Positions 1 through 10,078 of a stretch of DNA of 64,000 nucleotides are shown piece after piece (the first letter of the stretch is position 1; every line of letters begins with the position of its first letter). The DNA is from an uncultured Methylobacillus sp. Its GTDB lineage: Bacteria; Pseudomonadota; Gammaproteobacteria; Burkholderiales; Methylophilaceae. The stretch is taken from contig CAZGLD010000005.1 of assembly GCA_964526705.1 (NCBI GenBank), forward strand, positions 21,852-85,851. The letters run 5' to 3'. The position numbers were made by a program, and so were the translations under genes. The notes below the pieces were generated by a model. The model ran no database searches, had not been told where the DNA came from, and was given only the letters and a program-made list of their open reading frames with translations.

Positions 1-543
1 CATTGCAGAATCATTCGCTCTTTTCCCGACACGAAATAGATTTAATTGCGAAATAGTGTATTCAGCATGTTGCGCATTAAGTCTCGGATATACATCTGGA
101 ATGCCATGTCCAGCAGGTCCATGACAACTCGCACACGCGGGCACAGCTTTTTTTGAAATACCTGAACGAAATATTTTCTCGCCCTCAGAACCAACCCCAT
201 TTTCTTTAGCTGAAGCGAGCGCTATTTTTTGGTTAGAAAAATATAAACCCAAATTTATCATGTCTTGCTTTGTCAAATTAGCAACCATTCCTGCCATTAC
301 TGCATTTTCTCTTTTACCACTTTTAAAGTTCATAAGTTGCTTTGAAATATATGCTGCATGTTGTCCAGCTAACTTTGGGTTGGCTGAAAGTGAACTATTT
401 CCGTCAGCAGCATGACATGCGATACACAGATTGTTAATAATTTTCTTAGTAGCCTTCAAATCCTCCGATGAAAGAGTATCAGCAAAGGAAAAATGCATAA
501 CAAGCATTAAAGGCACAATAAGAAAATTTTTTACTAATTTCAT
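1..543 (-). CDS. Di-heme cytochrome c4, 3' end outside window
   Basis: ATG at 543 on minus strand, signal peptide, two CxxCH motifs (CIACH, CASCH); divergent from yihA as is usual. Confidence 0.9.
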   Translation of the reverse strand, partial: MKLVKNFLIVPLMLVMHFSFADTLSSEDLKATKKIINNLCIACHAADGNSSLSANPKLAGQHAAYISKQLMNFKSGKRENAVMAGMVANLTKQDMINLGLYFSNQKIALASAKENGVGSEGEKIFRSGISKKAVPACASCHGPAGHGIPDVYPRLNAQHAEYTISQLNLFRVGKRANDSAM

Positions 544-629
544 ATTATTTCCAACAAGTTAATGTAATGTGACATTCTAACCAAATTAAGTTCAACGTGA
601 TAGCATTAACGCTTAAGAAATAGGGGAAA

Positions 630-1241
630 ATGATGCCTTTTTTGCAAAATGCCAAATTTACGATATCCGTAAATAACTTTAATGAATTACCGGAAGATGA
701 AGGTCGTGAAATTGCTTTTGCGGGGCGTTCTAATGCTGGTAAATCAAGTTCAATAAATACTCTAAGCAATCAAAATAGATTAGCTTATGTTAGTAAACAA
801 CCTGGCAGAACCCAACTCATCAATTATTTTGCTATCGAGGAAGGTAAATCTTTAGTTGATCTTCCTGGTTATGGCTATGCAAAAGTACCAGGTGCAATAC
901 GAAATCACTGGCAAACTATTCTTCCTGCCTACCTCCAAGAACGTCAATCACTTGTTGGTCTCATTATCGTAATGGATATTAGACGCCCCTTGACTGAACT
1001 TGATACAAAAATGTTAGATTGGTTTGCCCCTCGACAAAAACCAATACATATTTTACTTACCAAGAGTGATAAACTTTCTCGAGATAAATCTATGCAAGCT
1101 CTATTTAAGACACAAAAAATCATAAAAGAAAAATGGGCAGACTTTTATCAGACCCCATGTTCAGTTCAATTATTTTCTAGCTTAAAAAAAACGGGAGTTG
1201 ATAAGGCTGATGAAGTTATCCAAAACTGGCTAAGCTCTTAA
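630..1241 (+). CDS. yihA: Ribosome biogenesis GTPase YihA/EngB
   Basis: GRSNAGKSS, DLPGYGYA and TKSD motifs. Confidence 0.96.
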   Translation: MMPFLQNAKFTISVNNFNELPEDEGREIAFAGRSNAGKSSSINTLSNQNRLAYVSKQPGRTQLINYFAIEEGKSLVDLPGYGYAKVPGAIRNHWQTILPAYLQERQSLVGLIIVMDIRRPLTELDTKMLDWFAPRQKPIHILLTKSDKLSRDKSMQALFKTQKIIKEKWADFYQTPCSVQLFSSLKKTGVDKADEVIQNWLSS

Positions 1242-1916
1242 AAAGATAATATCCCAAACCTTATGACCTAAATTAACCCCTCTTTTCTCATACTTTGTAT
1301 ACGGTCTATAATCTGGCTTAGAATGAAAATCTTCTCCTTTTAAGGCGAGAGTATTACATTTATCGCTTTCATCCAAAATCCATGAAGCATAATCTTCCCA
1401 GTCCGTAGCTATATGAAGATAAGCCCCTTCTTTTAATTTTAAAGCTAATTTATTAAGAAAATCTGCTTTTATAAGCCGTCTTTTATTATGTCTTTTTTTA
1501 TGCCAAGGATCTGGAAAGAAAATATGTACACCATTAAGGCTGTTATCAGCAATCATTTTTTCAATAACCTCTACTGCATCATGTTGAATGATTTTTAAGT
1601 TTGATATGTCAAGCTCTTTGATCCTGTTTATAAGATTACCAACACCTGGTGAATGAACCTCAATCCCTATGAAGTTTATATGCGGTAAATTAAAAGCTAT
1701 ATCTGCTGTTGAATCACCCATTCCGAAACCAATCTCTAAAATTACCTCATTCTTTTTTAATGGAAATATTGAGTCCCAACTAATTAATTCATCTGCTAAA
1801 GATATAATCAATTCATCACCAAAATTTTGAATAGCTTCTGACTGATGCTTTGTTAATCGTCCCTGACGAAGCACATAACTTCGTATTGGTCTTATTTTAT
1901 TTTTAATATTTTCCAT
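1230..1916 (-). CDS. trmB: tRNA (guanine-N7)-methyltransferase
   Basis: LEIGFGMG, FFPDPWHKKRH, ATDWEDY. Confidence 0.96.
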   Translation of the reverse strand: MENIKNKIRPIRSYVLRQGRLTKHQSEAIQNFGDELIISLADELISWDSIFPLKKNEVILEIGFGMGDSTADIAFNLPHINFIGIEVHSPGVGNLINRIKELDISNLKIIQHDAVEVIEKMIADNSLNGVHIFFPDPWHKKRHNKRRLIKADFLNKLALKLKEGAYLHIATDWEDYASWILDESDKCNTLALKGEDFHSKPDYRPYTKYEKRGVNLGHKVWDIIFLRA

Positions 1917-1918
1917 TT

Positions 1919-2116
1919 TTACTTAACAGCCTTAATACGCTCCGTATCAAGTACTTCTTTCATGGCACGATTATCTTGCCTCAAACAATTTAGATTATAA
2001 ATTATAGTTTCTTGCTGCTTGATTAAAATATCTAAACCTCTTTGAATAATAATAACTATTGCAATAAACCCTGTAATTAATAATACATTTGTTACCACCA
2101 AAGAACCTAAATCCAT
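1919..2116 (-). CDS. Hypothetical 65-aa single-pass membrane protein
   Basis: Start moved to ATG 2116 behind a purine-rich SD (AGGAGAGAGGA); N-terminal hydrophobic helix then heptad-like helix; 2 nt before trmB. Confidence 0.75.
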   Translation of the reverse strand: MDLGSLVVTNVLLITGFIAIVIIIQRGLDILIKQQETIIYNLNCLRQDNRAMKEVLDTERIKAVK

Positions 2117-2213
2117 ATGTCCTCTCTCCTTTATTTTAAATTGATATTTTTGAAGGTTTGGCAAATTTTTTCTTCTGCTTAGATTATAATAACTAAAATA
2201 ATTTAAATTTCAT

Positions 2214-2957
2214 ATGAAAAAAATAAAACGTGTTGCATTAATAACTGGCGGAGCCAGAAGAATTGGTAAATCTATTGCTCAGCATCTACATAATTGCGAT
2301 ATTGATATTATGATTCATCATAATCAATCGTCAAAGGACGCTGGCGAACTTGAGGCAGAATTAAATAAAATAAGATCAAATTCTGCAGCTTCAATTAAAG
2401 CCGATTTACTTAAAAATGATTCATACGATGACATTATAAAAGAAGTAATTTCAGTTTTTGGCCAATTAGACTTTCTGATTAATAATGCGTCAACATATTA
2501 CCCGACTCCTATTGAGTCAATAAATGAATCTAGCTGGGAGGATCTTATTGGAACGAACCTTAAAGCACCTCTGATGCTCAGTCAGTATGCGGTAAGATAT
2601 TTAAAAAAAACTAAGGGGGCTATTATTAACATAACAGATGCTCAGATAGGTAACCCAAAAAAAAATTACATCATATACGCTTTAGCAAAATCTGGGCTGG
2701 CAACCTTAACTAAGTCGCTTGCAAAAGATCTTAGTCCAGATATAAGAGTAAATGCCGTTGCTCCTGGAGCAATTCTATGGCCTGAATCTAACCATGAATT
2801 TGACGATCGTTACAGAGAAAAAGTAATTTCACAAACTCTATTAAAAAAGACAGGAAGTCCTGAAGATATTAGTAAAGCCATAGAGTTTTTGTTGCTTCAT
2901 GCGCCCTATATAACTGGACAAACAATATGTATAGATGGTGGAAGGCAATACTCATAA
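2214..2957 (+). CDS. Pteridine reductase (FolM/PTR1-like SDR)
   Basis: TGGARRIG, NNAS and YALAK motifs. Confidence 0.88.
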   Translation: MKKIKRVALITGGARRIGKSIAQHLHNCDIDIMIHHNQSSKDAGELEAELNKIRSNSAASIKADLLKNDSYDDIIKEVISVFGQLDFLINNASTYYPTPIESINESSWEDLIGTNLKAPLMLSQYAVRYLKKTKGAIINITDAQIGNPKKNYIIYALAKSGLATLTKSLAKDLSPDIRVNAVAPGAILWPESNHEFDDRYREKVISQTLLKKTGSPEDISKAIEFLLLHAPYITGQTICIDGGRQYS

Positions 2958-3073
2958 CGAATGACTCTCTTCCAAATATGTATCTAAGAAACTTCTTAAT
3001 ATAGAAAGAATTGATTAGCCTTATTAAAAAAATGTTACAAATTTAAAGTTATCGTATCCTACAAAAAATAAGA

Positions 3074-3095
3074 CTTTTAATTTTAAAATTAAAAG
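3074..3095. repeat. Perfect 22-bp AT-rich palindrome
   Basis: CTTTTAATTTTAAAATTAAAAG equals its own reverse complement. Confidence 0.85.
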
Positions 3096-3176
3096 CGAAT
3101 TAACAAAAACTTAGGTTAAAAACTAGAAAATTTTTTAAATGTTTGAAACGATTTTATAATTTTATTTCGTATTGTC

Positions 3177-3205
3177 TTGAATTGTGCTTCATTTCTCCTT
3201 ATGAT
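3177..3205 (+). promoter_or_regulatory. Putative sigma70 promoter of topA
   Basis: TTGAAT-17 bp-TATGAT, 33 nt before the topA ATG. Confidence 0.6.
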
Positions 3206-3238
3206 GCCTAGTTTTTAATCCTTAATAAATTTCGCTAA

Positions 3239-5719
3239 ATGACAAAACTCTTGATCGTTGAATCACCTTCAAAAGCAAAAACTATTGGTAATTATCTAGG
3301 GAATGAATACCATGTACTTGCTTCTTATGGTCACATAAGAAATTTACTTCCAAAATCACAGGGTGTAGACACCACAGATTTTGCAATGAAATATGAAATT
3401 GGTGCAAGGAGTAAGAAATATATTGATGCTATTTCTAAAGCAGCGAAAAACTCAGATGAAATTTTGTTAGCAACCGATCCCGACAGAGAGGGCGAGGCTA
3501 TTGCTTGGCATATCCTTGAAGTGCTTAATGCAAAAAAAGTGACCAAAGATAAGAAAATAAGTCGTATTATTTTTGGTGAAATTACAAAATCTGCAATCTT
3601 AGATGCATTATCGAATCCAAGAGAAGTAGCAAAGGCATTAGTTCGTGCACAACAAGCAAGGCAGGCTCTTGATTATCTGATTGGCTTCAACCTTTCCCCA
3701 TTATTATGGTCCAAAATTCGTTATGGGCTTTCAGCTGGAAGAGTCCAAAGTCCAGCCTTAAGGCTAATTGTTGAAAGAGAAGGTGAAATTGATGCCTTTC
3801 AAAACAAAGAGTACTGGAGCATTCATCTCGACGCGATCAAAGATAAATCAAAAATTCCATCTAAACTTACCCTGCTAAATAATGAAAAAATAGAACAATT
3901 TACGATAACCTCTGCCGCGCAAGAAAAAAAAATTGTTGGGGAACTGCTACTTAAGAGTTCTGGCAAGGCAAGAGTCTCTCGCATTGATAAAAAACAAAGA
4001 GTAAGAAATCCCGCTGCGCCTTTTACTACTTCTACTTTACAGCAAGAGTCTGTGCGTAAACTTGGATTTACTACGAAAGGCACAATGATGACTGCTCAAC
4101 AATTATATGAGGGTATCAACATTGGTGAGGGCACAGTGGGCTTGATAACTTATATGCGCACAGACTCTATGAGCCTATCAAATGAATCAACTTCTCAAAT
4201 AAGAAAATATCTGGAAACAAATTATACTAAAGAATTTTTTCCTCAAAAAGCCATTGGGTATAAAACAAAAGCAAAAAATGCACAAGAAGCTCACGAAGCT
4301 ATCCGACCTACAAATATCGAAAGAACTCCTCTCAGCTTAAAACCATACCTTTCAGATCAACAGTTTAAATTGTATGAGATCATATGGAAAAGAACATTAG
4401 CTTGCCAAATGTCCCCCGCTATTTTTGATGCAGTTAGTATTGATTTAGAAATTGGTCATGGAGAAAGTATCTTTCGAGCCACAGGACAAACACTTAAATT
4501 TGCTGGATTTATGTCAGTCTACTTAGAAGATGATGATGAGCCAAAAAATGAAGAATCTGAAACATCAAGATTCCCCGAATTGGAAGTAGGTGAAAAACTA
4601 ATAGTTGATAAAATTATGGGAGTTCAACACTTTACTGAACCACCTCCTCGATTTACAGAAGCAAGCCTTGTTAAAACTCTAGAGGAATATGGTATAGGGA
4701 GGCCATCCACCTACGCCAGTATTATATCCACGCTTCAAGATAGAGAATATACCTTACTAGATAAAAAAAGATTTACGCCAACCGATGTTGGTAAAGTAGT
4801 AAATGATTTTCTTACCGAACATTTTACCAATTATGTTGATTATGATTTTACTGCCAATCTTGAAGCTCAACTTGATGATATAGCGGCTGACAAAAAAGAT
4901 TGGTTAGAGGTTATTCGTATATTTTGGGAGCAATTTATAAAGAAAGTTAATGAAAAAAGTGACTTGGATAGAACAAAGATTACTCAAAAAGAAATTGGAG
5001 AGGATTGCCCAAAATGCAATAAACCACTGCTTTCAAAATTAGGGAAACGAGGAAATTTTGTTGCGTGTTCAGGATACCCAGAGTGTGATTTTACACGGAG
5101 CTCAAATGGTGATCTTCCGCAAGAACCTAAAATTATTTCTCACGATGAATCCTCAAAAAAACCCATATATTTACTTATTGGACCATACGGGCCTTACTTA
5201 CAACTAGGAATGCCTGAGGAAGGAGAAAAAGTTAAGCCTAAACGAACCACCATACCTCCGGAAATTGCTCTGGCTGATTTAGATGAAACCATTGCTAAAA
5301 AATTAATATCTTTGCCACGGGATTTAGGTATTCATCCAGAAACAAATAAGCCAATTATTGCCAACATTGGTCGATTTGGCCCTTATGTCAATCATAACGG
5401 TAAATTTAAATCGATACCAAAAACAGAAAATATTTTTGATATCACTCACGAATATGCCGTTGAGTTACTAAAGCCTCTCAAAGCAGTGGGAATAGATCCA
5501 GAGACCAAAAGTCCTATTGAGATTTATAAAAGTAGGTTTGGATTTTATGTACAAATGAACTCTACTAAAGTCAATATCTCAAAAGATACAGACCTTGATG
5601 GTATTTCAATAGAGCAAGCTCTTAAGATGTTAAAGAAAAAAGCTGAGGAAGAAGCGAAGAAAAAAGAAGCGGCAAAAAAAGCAAAAAAACCTAAAGCTAA
5701 GAAGGTGAAGGTAGCTTAA
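3239..5719 (+). CDS. topA: DNA topoisomerase I
   Basis: IVESPSK, ATDPDREGE, SAGRVQ, LITYMRTD; one C4 Zn ribbon plus GR(F/Y)GPY C-terminal repeats. Confidence 0.97.
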   Translation: MTKLLIVESPSKAKTIGNYLGNEYHVLASYGHIRNLLPKSQGVDTTDFAMKYEIGARSKKYIDAISKAAKNSDEILLATDPDREGEAIAWHILEVLNAKKVTKDKKISRIIFGEITKSAILDALSNPREVAKALVRAQQARQALDYLIGFNLSPLLWSKIRYGLSAGRVQSPALRLIVEREGEIDAFQNKEYWSIHLDAIKDKSKIPSKLTLLNNEKIEQFTITSAAQEKKIVGELLLKSSGKARVSRIDKKQRVRNPAAPFTTSTLQQESVRKLGFTTKGTMMTAQQLYEGINIGEGTVGLITYMRTDSMSLSNESTSQIRKYLETNYTKEFFPQKAIGYKTKAKNAQEAHEAIRPTNIERTPLSLKPYLSDQQFKLYEIIWKRTLACQMSPAIFDAVSIDLEIGHGESIFRATGQTLKFAGFMSVYLEDDDEPKNEESETSRFPELEVGEKLIVDKIMGVQHFTEPPPRFTEASLVKTLEEYGIGRPSTYASIISTLQDREYTLLDKKRFTPTDVGKVVNDFLTEHFTNYVDYDFTANLEAQLDDIAADKKDWLEVIRIFWEQFIKKVNEKSDLDRTKITQKEIGEDCPKCNKPLLSKLGKRGNFVACSGYPECDFTRSSNGDLPQEPKIISHDESSKKPIYLLIGPYGPYLQLGMPEEGEKVKPKRTTIPPEIALADLDETIAKKLISLPRDLGIHPETNKPIIANIGRFGPYVNHNGKFKSIPKTENIFDITHEYAVELLKPLKAVGIDPETKSPIEIYKSRFGFYVQMNSTKVNISKDTDLDGISIEQALKMLKKKAEEEAKKKEAAKKAKKPKAKKVKVA

Positions 5720-6581
5720 TTAGTCCTGGTAATTCATTTAAAGCTTGAGACTTAGTAGCATTGTTTTCCATCCACTTTCTAATCCTTTTAGCATCTGCAA
5801 TTCGAGTATACTTTCCATATGAATCAAGCAATACTATTATCACAGGCTCATTATTAATTGTTGTTTGCATAAGAAGGCATCTTCCAGCTTCCCTTATAAA
5901 TCCTGTTTTTGATAATCCAATATTCCACTGCCCCTTCCTGACCAAACTATTAGTATTTGAAAATCCTAATCTTTGCTTATATTTTCCAACTTTGACAGTA
6001 TCCCTAGGGTTCGTACTAAGCTCCCTTATCAAGGGATATTGATAAGCAGCCCTTGCCATTCTTACAAGATCTTTCGCTGTAGAAATATTTCTTTTGTCTA
6101 GTCCAGTTGGGTCTTCAAATCTGCTATTGTGCATTCCCAATTTCAAAGCTTTTACATTCATTGCTCTTATAAAAGCTTTTTTACCTCCTGGATAGGATCT
6201 ACTCAATGCAGATGCAGCACGATTATCTGATGACATTAAAGATATAGAAAGTAGTTGTAGCCTAGTTAGTTTTGTCCCAATCGGAATTCTTGACCCAGTC
6301 CATTTTAATCTATCAATATCTAATTTTGAAATTTTAACTTTTTCGTCCAAGTTTATGCCTGAATCGATTAAAACCATCGCTGTCATAAGCTTGGTTAATG
6401 AGGCTATAGAAGTTTTTGTATATGCTTTTTTTTGATAAATAACTTTATCGGAATTTTGATGCACTACCATCGCCATTGCAGACCTTACGTCAGGGGATTT
6501 TTTATTCTTTGCAAAAACAACATTTGATATTGGGGCGGTAAGCAATAGAATGAGCAATAAACTTCTTATTAATTTGATCAC
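5697..6581 (-). CDS. pbpG: D-alanyl-D-alanine endopeptidase PBP7
   Basis: SIASLTKLM (SxxK), SDN, KTGF; signal peptide. Confidence 0.9.
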   Translation of the reverse strand: MIKLIRSLLLILLLTAPISNVVFAKNKKSPDVRSAMAMVVHQNSDKVIYQKKAYTKTSIASLTKLMTAMVLIDSGINLDEKVKISKLDIDRLKWTGSRIPIGTKLTRLQLLSISLMSSDNRAASALSRSYPGGKKAFIRAMNVKALKLGMHNSRFEDPTGLDKRNISTAKDLVRMARAAYQYPLIRELSTNPRDTVKVGKYKQRLGFSNTNSLVRKGQWNIGLSKTGFIREAGRCLLMQTTINNEPVIIVLLDSYGKYTRIADAKRIRKWMENNATKSQALNELPGLIKLPSPS

Positions 6582-6664
6582 ACCTTACCTTATTTGATTG
6601 TTTGTAAAGATGATATACAATCTATCAAAACTTGTCACTCCAAAAAACTTAAAATAGGTATGAA

Positions 6665-7042
6665 ATGTTAAAATTTGAAGAAATACTCTTTTCAAAGGAC
6701 CATATATGGGTAAAAAAAATTGACTCTAACGAATACTACCTTGGTATTACTGACTTTGCTCAAGATCTCTTAGGGGATATTGTTTTCGCCGATATTTTAT
6801 TGGATAAAGAAGTTGTATCAGGGAGCGCTTTGGGTATTATTGAGTCGGTTAAAACATCCTCAGATATAATAAGTCCTTCCGATGCAGTTGTAATTGAAAT
6901 AAATCCTGTATTAAAAAATGCTATCGAGCAAGTAAACGAGAAACCATATGAAACTTGGTTATGTAAGATTGCTACTATTAAAGGTGAAGAGATACCATAT
7001 TTAGTAAATCATGACGATTATCAAGCGCTTATTAAAAATTAA
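6665..7042 (+). CDS. gcvH: Glycine cleavage H-like lipoyl carrier protein
   Basis: GITDFAQDLLGDIV and IESVK lipoyl-lysine motif. Confidence 0.9.
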   Translation: MLKFEEILFSKDHIWVKKIDSNEYYLGITDFAQDLLGDIVFADILLDKEVVSGSALGIIESVKTSSDIISPSDAVVIEINPVLKNAIEQVNEKPYETWLCKIATIKGEEIPYLVNHDDYQALIKN

Positions 7043-7448
7043 AATTTAACATATCCGATGCCTCTATTTTATATCCACATTCCTTATAAAATAAAAAACG
7101 CTCTCTCGCAGCAATTTTTTCAAGCTCATCTAAACCAACCAACTCGTAAAATTTTTGATACCTACTAAAATATTTTATAGCTTTATTTGTTCCATTTATC
7201 AAAATATCATCCATCAATGTAGCATTGTGACTTATACATATTGGATTGATTGTCTCTGATTTATTTATTTGATGAGGAAGAAATGAGTGCTTATCATTGC
7301 TCCACAACATTTGTGAAAAATTGTTAGCTGCTGTCTTATCCTCAAGGTAGACAAGACTTGATCTATTTCTTTGAAAATAATTATTTACTATCCTATATAT
7401 CAGAGCATTCTTTTCAGGGATATTAAAAATAAATTGTATATTGGTCAA
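7032..7448 (-). CDS. holC: DNA polymerase III chi subunit
   Basis: LW...SFLPH and ARERFLFYKECGY motifs; follows pepA; likely TTG start at 7448. Confidence 0.85.
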   Translation of the reverse strand: MTNIQFIFNIPEKNALIYRIVNNYFQRNRSSLVYLEDKTAANNFSQMLWSNDKHSFLPHQINKSETINPICISHNATLMDDILINGTNKAIKYFSRYQKFYELVGLDELEKIAARERFLFYKECGYKIEASDMLNFNF

Positions 7449-7449
7449 T

Positions 7450-8928
7450 TTACTTTTTAGGGACTGACCGTTCAATCAAAAATTGACTAAGCATTGGAAC
7501 TGGTCTTCCAGTACTTCCTTTTTCCTTTCCAGATTTCCATGCTGTTCCTGCAATATCAAGATGAGCCCAATTGTATTTTTTTGCAAACCTTGATAAAAAA
7601 CAAGCTGCTGTGATACTTCCAGCGGGACGTCCCCCAATATTTGCTATATCAGCAAAATTACTATTAAGCTGTGGCTGGTATTCTTCCCACATTGGCATAT
7701 GCCACGCTTTATCCAAAGATACGTCTGATGCTTCCTTGAGTTCATCTGCTAAAGGGTCATGATTACTAAATATTGCGGTAGCATGATGGCCTAAAGCGAT
7801 AACACATGCACCTGTTAAAGTTGCTACATCAATTACCAGCTCAGGATTGTATCTCTCAGCATACGTTAAGGCATCACATAAAATTAATCTTCCCTCAGCA
7901 TCTGTATTTAATACTTCAATAGTCTGTCCCGACATGCTTGTTACAATATCTCCTGGTTTTAGTGCTAATCCATCTGGTAAGTTTTCACAAGAGGGTATTA
8001 AAGCAACTACATTTATGGGCAACTGTAATTCACCAATTGTTTTCATAGTTCCTAAAACTGAAGCTGCCCCCCCCATATCATATTTCATCTCATCCATGTC
8101 AGGAGATGGTTTAATTGATATTCCACCTGCATCAAAAGTTATGCCTTTTCCAACAAGGACTATAGGTTTTTTATTTTTAGGTCCAAGAGTATGTTCAATG
8201 ACAATAAACTTTGGAGCTTCCCTACTTCCTTTGGCTACAGAAAGAAATGAACCCATTTTTAATTTCTCAATTTGCTTTTGATCAAAAACTTTTGTTCTCA
8301 TTGAATATGCTTTTGCTAACTTTTTTGCTTCATTAGCCAGATAAGTTGGGGTACAAATATTTGGTGGTAAGTTACCAAGATCTTTTGTTAAGTTTGCACC
8401 TTCAGCAACGGCTGATCCATGCTTAAGACCTAATCTAACTTCGCCTATTGATTGTCCTTGGTATTGAATAGTCGTCTGGAAATTTAAAGCCGGTTTCTTG
8501 TTAGTTTTTAATGAGTTTATTTCATAGCTTGAATTTATTAGCTCTCTGACAATAAACTCAGTACCTGCATGTGCACTTATATTTTCATTAAAAAATTGGT
8601 CGGCAGGAAGGAGGAATTTTTTTATTTTTAACTTTTTTATAGTATGAGCTACTTGCGACATTATATTTACTAGGTTTTTACATCCAAAGGCTTTTTCATT
8701 ACCAACGCGGACCAGGATAATACGATCGAAATCCTTACTTCCATGCACCAATAATATAGAACCAATATCTGTTAATAAGTCATCTGATTTTAGAATGTTT
8801 GATATATAAGCAGAGATGGTAGTTGCTAATCCCGACTTATTAATAATTTGATTTTTATCGTTTACAGCTAATATGATAATATCAGCTGATATATCCTTGA
8901 TTGAGTCGGTTTTAATGTTAAATTTCAT
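7450..8928 (-). CDS. pepA: Leucyl aminopeptidase
   Basis: VGKGITFDAGG, MKYDMGGA, NTDAEGRL. Confidence 0.97.
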   Translation of the reverse strand: MKFNIKTDSIKDISADIIILAVNDKNQIINKSGLATTISAYISNILKSDDLLTDIGSILLVHGSKDFDRIILVRVGNEKAFGCKNLVNIMSQVAHTIKKLKIKKFLLPADQFFNENISAHAGTEFIVRELINSSYEINSLKTNKKPALNFQTTIQYQGQSIGEVRLGLKHGSAVAEGANLTKDLGNLPPNICTPTYLANEAKKLAKAYSMRTKVFDQKQIEKLKMGSFLSVAKGSREAPKFIVIEHTLGPKNKKPIVLVGKGITFDAGGISIKPSPDMDEMKYDMGGAASVLGTMKTIGELQLPINVVALIPSCENLPDGLALKPGDIVTSMSGQTIEVLNTDAEGRLILCDALTYAERYNPELVIDVATLTGACVIALGHHATAIFSNHDPLADELKEASDVSLDKAWHMPMWEEYQPQLNSNFADIANIGGRPAGSITAACFLSRFAKKYNWAHLDIAGTAWKSGKEKGSTGRPVPMLSQFLIERSVPKK

Positions 8929-8964
8929 TTATTATCCTTTTTTAAAATCTAATTTTGTATTCAA

Positions 8965-10077
8965 ATGCTTTTTAAAAAATCTTTAACTAGAGAGCTATTT
9001 TACACTTCGCTATCAACTATCCTTATTTTATCGGGAATTGTTGTCGCTCAAAGAGCGGTAATTATTTTTCGCTATGCTGCTAAAGGAAGTATACCAAACG
9101 ATGCAATTGACACAGTATTAGTTTTTAATCTTCTCAAACATATGCCTCTCTTACTATCGCTTACTGTATTTATTACTATATTGATTACCTTAAGTAGATG
9201 GTATAAAGACAGTGAAATGATTATATGGTTCAGCTCTGGTTTAGGTCTATATAGCTTGGTTAGGCCTGTGGTAATTTTTTGTTTTCCAATCATTCTTTTA
9301 ATTGCATCTCTCTCACTGTTTATAAGCCCATGGGCCGTTCAAAAAGCTGAGGAATATAAAAGTGGTTTAAAAAATAGAGATGAAATTGCAACAATCACTC
9401 CAGGCACTTTTAAAGAATCAAAATCAAGCAATAAAATGTTTTACATAGAAGGTTTCAATACGATTGGGAATTCAGTAAAAAATATTTTTATTCAATCTGA
9501 ACAAAATGGAAAATTGGGAGTTATTGTTTCTACTGAGGGTAAAAGAATAATTGACCCAAAGGGCAATGATTATATTGTATTAAAAAACGGAAAGCGTTAT
9601 GAGGGACTGAGAGGTACCAAGGAATTTTCCAGCACTACTTTCGACGAATATGGTATTTTAATCGAGAAAGATACTCCTAAAATGATAAATGTTGGAGCAA
9701 GTGCTGGCGTAATTGAAGCAACACCAACATTAGCATTAATTTTTAACCAACAAGACAATAATAGTAAAAAATATTTAGCTGAATTAATGTGGCGAATATC
9801 ACTTCCCCTATCTACTTTATTATTGATCTTTTTAGCTATTCCTATGAGCTTCATAAACCCAAGAACTGGTAGGTCTTTAAATATTATGATAGCTGTCTTC
9901 ATTTTTGTAATTTACAATAATTTTCTTGGAATTTTTCAGAGCTTAATTTCCGTCGGTAAACTTTCAGTTTGGTTAGGATTTTTTCCCATTCATCTTTTTT
10001 TTGGTATCACAGCAATATATTTACTTTATAGAAGATCGCTTAATTTACCTTTATTCTCTGCTGGGTTTATAAAATAA
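8965..10077 (+). CDS. lptF: LPS export permease LptF
   Basis: SRWYKDSEM and AELMWRISLP motifs; divergent from pepA. Confidence 0.93.
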   Translation: MLFKKSLTRELFYTSLSTILILSGIVVAQRAVIIFRYAAKGSIPNDAIDTVLVFNLLKHMPLLLSLTVFITILITLSRWYKDSEMIIWFSSGLGLYSLVRPVVIFCFPIILLIASLSLFISPWAVQKAEEYKSGLKNRDEIATITPGTFKESKSSNKMFYIEGFNTIGNSVKNIFIQSEQNGKLGVIVSTEGKRIIDPKGNDYIVLKNGKRYEGLRGTKEFSSTTFDEYGILIEKDTPKMINVGASAGVIEATPTLALIFNQQDNNSKKYLAELMWRISLPLSTLLLIFLAIPMSFINPRTGRSLNIMIAVFIFVIYNNFLGIFQSLISVGKLSVWLGFFPIHLFFGITAIYLLYRRSLNLPLFSAGFIK

Positions 10078-10078
10078 A

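Noticed and set aside
2158-2175. TTGGCA possible sigma-54 promoter
   Set aside because: No GC at the -12 position (GG-N10-CT)
3158-3200. Minus-strand 12-codon ORF behind AAGGAG
   Set aside because: SD-ATG spacing only 2 nt; the sequence is better explained as the topA promoter spacer
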